Assembly: GCA_003345555.1 (NCBI GenBank)
Contig: PRDJ01000041.1
Span: forward strand, 66,038-98,037
Reading direction: 5' to 3'
From: Candidatus Thorarchaeota archaeon
Lineage (GTDB): Archaea > Asgardarchaeota > Thorarchaeia > Thorarchaeales > Thorarchaeaceae
DNA length: 32,000 nucleotides
Made by a program: the position numbers and the translations under genes. Positions 9,563 to 16,951 of the stretch are shown piece by piece. The notes beneath the pieces are model-generated. The model saw only the letters and a program-made list of their open reading frames with translations, was not told the DNA's origin and made no database searches. Each line of letters begins with the position of its first letter. The stretch's first letter is position 1.

Positions 9563-10237
9563 ATGGAAGCACATGACATAGAAGGCCAACTGGTGAGGTG
9601 CCCCAGCTGTGGAGCGACGTATTCTTACCGCAGCGACAAGATCGCCACGGACGGTACCGTTCAGTGCCAGAACTGTGCAAAGTGGCTCTTTGTCCCCTCG
9701 AAGCTCGAACAGGACAAGGGTGCATCAGTTAGTGTTTCAGCTGAGAAAGAGGCCTCTGCGCGGATACGGAGAAGCAGGCCAATAAGAGACTTTCATATCA
9801 AGAGAGACCTGCCGACTGCATTGTACCATGGACTCTATCTGTCTCTGACCATCATCGCGTCATTCTGGATTTGGATCTACGTGAACTATTTCGCCGAGTC
9901 ATTAGGAGGCATCAACGGGTTCTATGTCGGTCTCGCAGTCATTTCATTTGGCATTGTCGAAGTGGCTGGATACGTGAATGTGTTTCTTGTTCAGAACCTG
10001 TGGGAGGTCTATTGCAGAAGAGACTGGCCGGCAGTGCTCACTCACGGCGGCATCCTGACTCTGTTGCTTATCGCGATCATCTATCCGGGAACATACATTC
10101 TGCAATTCGTGAGCGCCCAGTCAATGAATATCCTTGTTCCAGTGGTCGGAGGAATGGCACTTCTGTACTGGGTCGCGATTGGGCTCATTGGCAGGTTTGT
10201 AGCGTACCCATTTGTCGCAGACAAACCTGAAGCATGA
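9563..10237 (+). CDS. MJ0042-like zinc-finger protein fused to a 4-5 TM domain
   Basis: ATG 9563 is preceded by GGAGGC and is in frame with track ORF 9422..10237. CPSCG-x18-CQNC finger, followed by hydrophobic helices. Confidence 0.8.
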   Translation: MEAHDIEGQLVRCPSCGATYSYRSDKIATDGTVQCQNCAKWLFVPSKLEQDKGASVSVSAEKEASARIRRSRPIRDFHIKRDLPTALYHGLYLSLTIIASFWIWIYVNYFAESLGGINGFYVGLAVISFGIVEVAGYVNVFLVQNLWEVYCRRDWPAVLTHGGILTLLLIAIIYPGTYILQFVSAQSMNILVPVVGGMALLYWVAIGLIGRFVAYPFVADKPEA

Positions 10238-10428
10238 GCATACCTCTCTGTCGATGGGTTCTGACTCAAAGTTCAGGACTGAACGCCCCGGTTATCCCCC
10301 CCGCCGTTCGACAACATCATTGCATGGCACGATATATGGGCTTCTTCAAGCACCTAGATAGAGGCTGAACTTTCCTTCATCATCCGTGCACAATTGGTTG
10401 ATAACCTTCCAGAGACTAGTGCCACCCA

Positions 10429-10435
10429 GAGGTGA
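10429..10435 (+). promoter_or_regulatory. Shine-Dalgarno sequence GAGGTGA
   Basis: GAGGTGA lies 9 nt before ATG 10445 and matches the archaeal-type GGAGGTGA consensus. Confidence 0.65.
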
Positions 10436-10444
10436 GAATGTGCC

Positions 10445-12748
10445 ATGAGGCACATTGGCAGGAAGATTCTCCCAGGGTTATTGGTGCCGCTCTTCCTCAT
10501 TCTGGGGTCTTTTGTGGCTCCAGGAGCGGCGCTTCAGGCCAGTTCAATAATTGAGGAATATAACCAGGCCATAGCGCCCGGACCTAATAATCATACATAC
10601 ATATTCAGCAAACCAGACCCGATCGATTTTGCGTCCTCGAGCAGGATGTACGTAAATGAAGACCTAGACTATTTTGTCTACTCATATGATACCACGGGAT
10701 GGACTAGGTCGGCCAGCTCATTGACTGCTCCCAGCAGTCCGCAGTTCGACTGGCAAGATTATTCTGAATGGACCAACGGCGCGTTTGGCAACCCGGCAAC
10801 GATGCCACTCTTCTTCGACTTCATTGGCAGCGACGGAAGTGGTGCTGTCATCAACACAACCTTAGAGCGAAGATCTTTCGTTCTGACTATTAACCAGCAC
10901 ACGCCCATTGTCATGGATGGCGGCTTTGTCTCTTATGGGGCTCTGGCGATAAGCGGTCAGGAGTTCGTGAACCTGATAGTCAACTGTCGCCAAGATGTCG
11001 TGTCATGGGGTGCAGTGGTTGCCGACCCAGTTGGCAGGCTTGTGAACTCCGTTAGCGGTACTGGAGGCGACATACTCGTAGTCCCGTTCAGGCCCGCAAT
11101 GGCTGGCAACTACATCGTAGTGCTCCGAGCGGATAATGCACCGGGTACTTCCGCACTCTTTGATCTGTACCCTATTGCGGCGTCGGTCACAACAATCCCC
11201 TTTGGGGAAGTAATACAGGGAACACTTCCGACTGGCGAACTCATTGTCAGTAGTTCGGGCAGCTTAGTGCACCAAGAGATGGCACCCACCGTGAACACCT
11301 ACAAGGTGACGTCTCCGGACAATCTGGCATCGGTGACATATGCGTTCAACTACCCTGAAGTGTCGACCGGCGTTCCACAAATAACCGGCATTCAGTTTAC
11401 GAGGGATGCATATGAGTACGACACCAACGGCGGGATTCAGTACGTGCGTGGTTCCATCTCCCCGAATACTGCGGAGTTCTTCTATACAGGAGGACCCCTC
11501 TATGTGACAGTCTACGGTGGAGATAACGTTGAGTACACTCTCTACCATAAGGACAACGGTGCCGCGAACCTGCCGTTGAATAAAGAATTCCTACTCGAGA
11601 ATGAATACGGTGTTACAATTCAGAAAGCCTACCGACTGCATGCGGAGCAGGACTCGCTCTTGAAGGCCAACTCCACTGGCGTTGGAGCTGACTATGATAT
11701 CTCGGTGCTTGGAGTCAACGAGGATGGGTTCTTCAAGACTCAGACCATAACGGACGGTGCTACAATTGAAGGGTCTACGGCATACTTCCTCCGAGCAGGG
11801 GACTACGTAGTAGTGATTAACATTGCTTCTACTACATCAGAGTACATTGAGTTCAGTCTCGGCGAGATAGTCGCTGATAGCTTGACGGCCGACTTGATGC
11901 GTCTTGGAGGCTTTAGGGTCCCAACAAACCCGTGTGAGCTCTACAACCTGACGCTACACCTCGACACTCTCGACAACATCACGGTGACTGTCCAGATTGC
12001 GGCCTACACCAAATTCTACCAGTCTGTTTGGAGTACAAGTCTCACTCTTGCTAACCGATGGGACGGAACCCACTGGGTGCCACACCCGACCTATAACAAT
12101 TGGTCGACATTTCTCCCGGGTCGCACCTGGTCAGAGGGCTATTCCTACTTGACCATATCCTTCCGCGTGTACAACAACACGGGAGCACTGGCTGAGTATG
12201 CTAATCACCCAGTGAGGTTCACCGTCGATTGGAACGAGTACACCAATGAATGGTATGACGGACACGCAACGATGGACATCAGAAGTGCAGCGGCCATAAG
12301 CAATCTGACTCTAGAGTATCCAGGTACGAGCCCTAACTACATCGCACTAAGACTAGACACGACGGCCGGGACATGGTACAACGTCTCAGTGAGGACAGCC
12401 GATGTGTCATCATTCACGGCTATTCTCTACAGCCTCTATGATTCTAGGACCCATTCTACCCCTTGGGCGGACCTTGATGACGATCTAGTGGGTTCAATAC
12501 CCTACCTGTCATTCCAGTTTGGGGCTATCTCCGAGTATGCGATTCTCCATATCCAGTTGGGGCGGACACTAGCAGCAACAGGGTTCCTCTGGATTGAGAT
12601 AACTCCACTAGAGAGTCACACACTGGGCTGGCTACCGCCTCTGAGTGCACCTGGACCGAACATCCTAGCAATGCTAGCATTGCCAGTTTCATTGGGTGCC
12701 ATTGCCGTTGTGGCCATATACGTCGTTTACGTCAAGAAGATAAAGTAG
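10445..12748 (+). CDS. Large secreted, C-terminally membrane-anchored cell-surface protein
   Basis: 767 aa. Signal peptide MRHIGRKILPGLLVPLFLILGSFVAPGAALQA. Body is beta-strand-like, rich in S/T/Y/G/N, with several N-x-S/T sequons. C-terminal TM helix followed by KKIK. No catalytic motif recognised. Confidence 0.88.
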   Translation: MRHIGRKILPGLLVPLFLILGSFVAPGAALQASSIIEEYNQAIAPGPNNHTYIFSKPDPIDFASSSRMYVNEDLDYFVYSYDTTGWTRSASSLTAPSSPQFDWQDYSEWTNGAFGNPATMPLFFDFIGSDGSGAVINTTLERRSFVLTINQHTPIVMDGGFVSYGALAISGQEFVNLIVNCRQDVVSWGAVVADPVGRLVNSVSGTGGDILVVPFRPAMAGNYIVVLRADNAPGTSALFDLYPIAASVTTIPFGEVIQGTLPTGELIVSSSGSLVHQEMAPTVNTYKVTSPDNLASVTYAFNYPEVSTGVPQITGIQFTRDAYEYDTNGGIQYVRGSISPNTAEFFYTGGPLYVTVYGGDNVEYTLYHKDNGAANLPLNKEFLLENEYGVTIQKAYRLHAEQDSLLKANSTGVGADYDISVLGVNEDGFFKTQTITDGATIEGSTAYFLRAGDYVVVINIASTTSEYIEFSLGEIVADSLTADLMRLGGFRVPTNPCELYNLTLHLDTLDNITVTVQIAAYTKFYQSVWSTSLTLANRWDGTHWVPHPTYNNWSTFLPGRTWSEGYSYLTISFRVYNNTGALAEYANHPVRFTVDWNEYTNEWYDGHATMDIRSAAAISNLTLEYPGTSPNYIALRLDTTAGTWYNVSVRTADVSSFTAILYSLYDSRTHSTPWADLDDDLVGSIPYLSFQFGAISEYAILHIQLGRTLAATGFLWIEITPLESHTLGWLPPLSAPGPNILAMLALPVSLGAIAVVAIYVVYVKKIK

Positions 12749-12764
12749 GTCTAGAGCCCACTTT

Positions 12765-12797
12765 CGACCCGAGTGATCTCGGGTCGCTTCTTTTTTT
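12765..12797 (+). terminator. Stem-loop plus T-tract, intrinsic-terminator-like
   Basis: CGACCCGAG-TGAT-CTCGGGTCG is a perfect 9-bp stem with a 4-nt loop, followed by CTTCTTTTTTT. It starts 17 nt after the stop of the surface-protein gene. Confidence 0.7.
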
Positions 12798-12966
12798 CCC
12801 GGATTTTCTTCACTCGACTTTGTAACAAGACTGACCAATGCCTGAGACTGTGGAGAAGCGCCGGTCTCCTTTTCAGATTCATGTCTTCGGCCCAGTCAGG
12901 ACCAGGACTGAGAATGATTGCTCAATTGTGGATGAGTGAACAATGATGAACGGAAGCGCACCGAAT

Positions 12967-13581
12967 CTATGCCTTGCTTTCATTCTTGAGAGGAAGCTTA
13001 GGCTCCTGAACCAGTCTCATCCTATCATCCATCTCAATCATCAGGCGGGTCAGTTTTGTAAATGCTTCGCGGATGTTCTGACCCGTCACAGCGGATGTCT
13101 CCTCGAAAACCACGGGGACTGTGAGCTTCTCACTGAAGAATTGGGCGAACTTGTGGCCCTCATCATTTGTTACATTCTTCTCGAAGGGATTATCCTGTCT
13201 CAAATCTGTCTTGTTTGCCAACACCGCCGTTGGCGGAAGCTTGCCCATGTACTTGTACGCCTCCACAAGCCATTTCGAGGCGTTATCAAAGCTTTCGCGG
13301 TCAACCACAGAGTACACCAAGATTATGCCGCTGGAGCCAACGTAGTAGTGTCGCCGCACCTTCTCGAATGTGGGTTGACCTGCCAAGTCCCATATAATGA
13401 GACGAATGTTAACGCCATCGAGGTCAAAACGTGTCTGGGCAAAATCGACTCCGATGGTTGGCATGTGACTTGTGATAAAACCCTCCCCAAGATACACCCT
13501 ACGCAAGCTCGTTTTTCCTACCGCCCCGTCGCCAATTAGGACTACCTTGAATGTTCTATTGCCTGCGGCTTCGAATGTCAA
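12967..13581 (-). CDS. Rab-like small GTPase (Ras superfamily)
   Basis: G1 GDGAVGKT, G2 PTIGVDF, G3 WDLAGQ, G4 NKTD, G5 ETSA. Probable TTG start at 13581 behind an AAGGAG SD (the track ORF starts at 13650). No C-terminal cysteine. Confidence 0.95.
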   Translation of the reverse strand: MTFEAAGNRTFKVVLIGDGAVGKTSLRRVYLGEGFITSHMPTIGVDFAQTRFDLDGVNIRLIIWDLAGQPTFEKVRRHYYVGSSGIILVYSVVDRESFDNASKWLVEAYKYMGKLPPTAVLANKTDLRQDNPFEKNVTNDEGHKFAQFFSEKLTVPVVFEETSAVTGQNIREAFTKLTRLMIEMDDRMRLVQEPKLPLKNESKA

Positions 13582-13825
13582 GGGGGAGCGTCTCCTTAGG
13601 CTCTGTGGTGTACTCGTACATTCCTTATTAGAGCTCTCGTATGACATCAAAGGGACCGGCTACGTGAATGCCAGTCCAGTTCGACCACTCTGATCACAAA
13701 ACGTCCTATATTCCCATTTCTGCTTTGAACCAATCCTTCATAGGTCACCTTTGGATGCTCGTAACGCGGGACGCCATTCACCTGTCAATCGTGGGATTGA
13801 ACCGACCGATACTGAGGAAAGAACA

Positions 13826-14767
13826 GTGTCTCTCGAGTCATCATCGACACTGCAGAACCAAGGGATATCTGAACCTTACTTCAGATTCAGGACGGTGTCT
13901 GTCAAGCATTTGTGTGAGCTGCAGCATCATATCGACATTCTGCGCCGCGATGGCCTCTTGAGCAACAATGAAACCTTCAGGAGCTACATTGACGGCAAGA
14001 GATTCGCAGTGCCCGAGTCGTTTCCTGACGCATGCTTCGTAATAATCATGGCCGTATTCGCGCCCTTGGCACTGGTCGGCTTCCATTACAAGGGAAAACG
14101 ATTCGAGCTCATGCTGCCCCCCAATTACTACGACGATGGGATTTCGCAAGAGCAGCTGCAGAACATGGTTTCAAACAGAATCATTCGAGAGCAAGGCCAC
14201 CGAATCGAGAGGGCTAGCAGGAACCTTCTGGTCAAGACGCTTGCAGCAAGAAGCGGTCTCGGTAAGTACGGCAGGAATAACCTGTGCTATGTTGATGGGA
14301 TGGGCAGCCTCTTGACGCTCCATGCGTTCTTCACTGACTACGCTTTCGAGCATGACGATTGGACAGACATGCGGATGATGGATGCGTGTAAGAAGTGCAG
14401 GATCTGCATGAAGGAGTGTCCGAATGGGTGCATAACGGAGCAGAAGTTTGTCATCAATGTCGACAAATGCCTGCCCTTGTACAATGAGGTGGAAGGGCAG
14501 TTCCCGGAGTGGATGCCAGCCAGTGCTCACAATGCCCTGATGGGCTGTATGAGGTGCCAGCTCAAGTGTCCGGCCAATCGCGATGCACTCAAGAGCAGCG
14601 TGCGGTTTGAAGATATCACTGAAGAAGAAACAGCGGCAATCCTAGAAGGGACAGTGGACGAGAGGCTCCTTCGGAGCCTGTCTGAGAAGCTCAGAGGCTT
14701 CTCTCCCACTACTTCGCTGGGGGAATTCCCGGTGTTGACGAGGAATCTGAGGGCACTGATAATGTGA
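13826..14767 (+). CDS. QueG/reductive-dehalogenase-superfamily protein (cobalamin-binding-like motif plus 2x[4Fe-4S])
   Basis: LAARSGLGKYGRNNL motif, CKKCRICMKECP, and DKC...GCMRCQLKCPAN. GTG 13826 behind GAGGA is preferred over track start 13751. Substrate cannot be assigned. Confidence 0.8.
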   Translation: MSLESSSTLQNQGISEPYFRFRTVSVKHLCELQHHIDILRRDGLLSNNETFRSYIDGKRFAVPESFPDACFVIIMAVFAPLALVGFHYKGKRFELMLPPNYYDDGISQEQLQNMVSNRIIREQGHRIERASRNLLVKTLAARSGLGKYGRNNLCYVDGMGSLLTLHAFFTDYAFEHDDWTDMRMMDACKKCRICMKECPNGCITEQKFVINVDKCLPLYNEVEGQFPEWMPASAHNALMGCMRCQLKCPANRDALKSSVRFEDITEEETAAILEGTVDERLLRSLSEKLRGFSPTTSLGEFPVLTRNLRALIM

Positions 14768-14968
14768 TAACCTACGGGCGCGCGACACCGTTTTCCACTA
14801 ACCATACTTTCGACCATCTCTCCCAGATTCGCGAGTACAAAAGAACAGACACGCTGTGACAGAAATGCCCTAGCAAGGGTCTGCCGCTCGACTCCCATCA
14901 GCGTGTGGCAGGTACCGTAAGCCTTACTTGTCGTTAGGCATGCGTTGCGCTGGTCGAGGCTCGAGCAG

Positions 14969-16948
14969 ATGGCAGGTTTCAAGCTGGTTGCCCCGTTCAA
15001 ACTCACAGGAGATCAGCCCGACGCGGTGCAGAAGCTCGTGGAGGGCCTGAACAGTGGGCTTCAGCAACAAACTCTGCTCGGAGTCACTGGATCCGGTAAG
15101 ACCTTCGTGATGGCCAATGTCATAGCTCACTACCAGAAGCCGACCATCGTCATCTCTCACAACAAGATACTTGCGGCACAGCTCGCCGCTGAGTATCGAC
15201 AGTTCTTCCCCGAGGATGCGGTGGAATACTTCGTCTCATACTATGACTATTACCAGCCAGAGGCATATGTCCCGACTAAGGACATGTACATTGAGAAGGA
15301 GACAGACATCAACGAAGAAATCGAGAAGCTTCGTAATTCCACGACTCGTTCTCTCAAGACCCGCAATGATGTTGTAGTCGTAGCTTCTGTGTCCTGTATC
15401 TACAACCTCGGCGACCCTAGGGAGTATGATGAGCTAGCTCTGACGCTAGAGGTGGGTCAGGAGATCGAGAGGCGTACGCTGCTCGAGAAACTGATATCGA
15501 TGCAATACGAGCGCAACGATATGGAACTCAAGGCGGGCATCTTCCGCGTTCGCGGCGATGTAATTGATATTCATCCCGGTTACGAGTCAGAGACAGTAAG
15601 GCTCCAACTCGATGGCGACAGAATAGACCGAATCTCTATAGTTGACTCTCTGACATCCCATCGGATATTCGAGGAGCGTGGCATAGATATCTGGCCTGCG
15701 AAGCATCACGTTGCACGCCATGAGAAGACCTTGGCCGCCCTCGACTCGATTAAGGCAGAGATGGAGCAACGCGTTGAGTGGTTCAAGAAGCAGGGGAAGG
15801 TTGTCGAGGCAGACCGCCTCCGCCGAAGGACACTCTATGACATCGAGATGCTCCGACAGACCGGGTCTTGCGAAGGTGTTGAGAACTACTCCCGACACAT
15901 AGATGCCAGAAAGCAGGGTGAAAAGCCCTACTGTCTCCTCGATTACTTCCCAGAGGACTTCCTGATGATCATCGATGAAAGCCATATGACCATTCCGCAA
16001 CTTGAGGGGATGTATCACGGTGACATATCGCGTAAGCAGAGCCTTGTCGACTATGGTTTTCGGCTACCCTCTGCGTTTGACAATCGTCCATTGAAGTTCG
16101 ACGAGTTCAAGGGTTACATGAAACACGTAATCTGCACGAGCGCAACACCGGGACCATACGAAAGAAAGTCAAGCAATCAGATTGTCGAACTGCTCCTGAG
16201 ACCGACTGGTCTCATTGATCCGGAGATAACAGTAAAGCCCGTTGAGAATCAGGTCGACGATTTGTTGGCTGAGATAGGGAAAACAACGGCGAGACATGAG
16301 AGAGTGCTAGTGACAACGCTCACGAAGAAGACCGCGGAGATGCTTTCTGAGTATCTTGTGGAATCAGGCGTCAAGGCTAGGTACCTCCACTCTGACATTA
16401 AGACAGTCGAGCGCATAGAAATCATCCGTGACTTGCGTCTCGGCAGGTTCGACGTGCTCGTGGGCATCAACCTGCTAAGGGAAGGACTCGACCTCCCAGA
16501 AGTCTCTCTTGTGGCCATTCTTGATGCCGACAAGGAGGGTTTTCTGAGAAGTGAGTGGGCACTCATCCAGACAATGGGGCGTGCTGCAAGGAATGTCAAT
16601 GGCCGGGTCATACTCTACGGGGATCACATCTCGGCTGCCATGCAAGCCGCCATAAACGAGACCAACCGACGCAGGGAGTACCAGCTGCGATACAACGAGC
16701 AACACGGTATCACGCCCAAGACCATAGTGAAATCAGTATACGATATTGCCGAGCGCATCCCATCGAAGAAGAAACCCGAGCAGGCGAAGATAGCTGACTT
16801 CGATTTCGTGGATATTGAAAGCATCACAGAGTTGATTGTCAATCTTGAGGAAGATATGAAGGAAGCAGCAAGGAACCTTGAGTTTGAACGAGCGGCGGAA
16901 CTGCGAGACCAGATTCGTGAACTGCAGTCGAAGATTGAAGGGCGGTAG
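14969..16948 (+). CDS. uvrB: Excinuclease ABC subunit B
   Basis: [27 protein letters not shown] beta-hairpin, [29 protein letters not shown], and a C-terminal UVR domain. ATG 14969 is preferred over track start 14945. Confidence 0.98.
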   Translation: MAGFKLVAPFKLTGDQPDAVQKLVEGLNSGLQQQTLLGVTGSGKTFVMANVIAHYQKPTIVISHNKILAAQLAAEYRQFFPEDAVEYFVSYYDYYQPEAYVPTKDMYIEKETDINEEIEKLRNSTTRSLKTRNDVVVVASVSCIYNLGDPREYDELALTLEVGQEIERRTLLEKLISMQYERNDMELKAGIFRVRGDVIDIHPGYESETVRLQLDGDRIDRISIVDSLTSHRIFEERGIDIWPAKHHVARHEKTLAALDSIKAEMEQRVEWFKKQGKVVEADRLRRRTLYDIEMLRQTGSCEGVENYSRHIDARKQGEKPYCLLDYFPEDFLMIIDESHMTIPQLEGMYHGDISRKQSLVDYGFRLPSAFDNRPLKFDEFKGYMKHVICTSATPGPYERKSSNQIVELLLRPTGLIDPEITVKPVENQVDDLLAEIGKTTARHERVLVTTLTKKTAEMLSEYLVESGVKARYLHSDIKTVERIEIIRDLRLGRFDVLVGINLLREGLDLPEVSLVAILDADKEGFLRSEWALIQTMGRAARNVNGRVILYGDHISAAMQAAINETNRRREYQLRYNEQHGITPKTIVKSVYDIAERIPSKKKPEQAKIADFDFVDIESITELIVNLEEDMKEAARNLEFERAAELRDQIRELQSKIEGR

Positions 16949-16951
16949 TGT

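Noticed and set aside
12943-13539. 198-aa plus-strand ORF and the many other antisense or alternate-frame ORFs in the track (for example 1488-1922, 2004-2486, 14527-15006, 16624-17139, 22152-22706, 30010-31303)
   Set aside because: They overlap well-supported genes on the other strand or frame and have no motifs, so they are treated as shadow ORFs.
13826-14767. Assigning the gene symbol queG or rdhA
   Set aside because: The fold is shared by both families, the GCDxCQ motif is altered, and neither pathway context is present.
5604-14927. GTAA-N3-TTAC palindromes at 5604-5614 (upstream of the acyl-CoA dehydrogenase) and 14917-14927 (upstream of uvrB) as a shared operator
   Set aside because: Arms are only 4-5 bp, the motif was found post hoc, only two instances exist and the genes are functionally unrelated. 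A genome-wide enrichment test would be needed.
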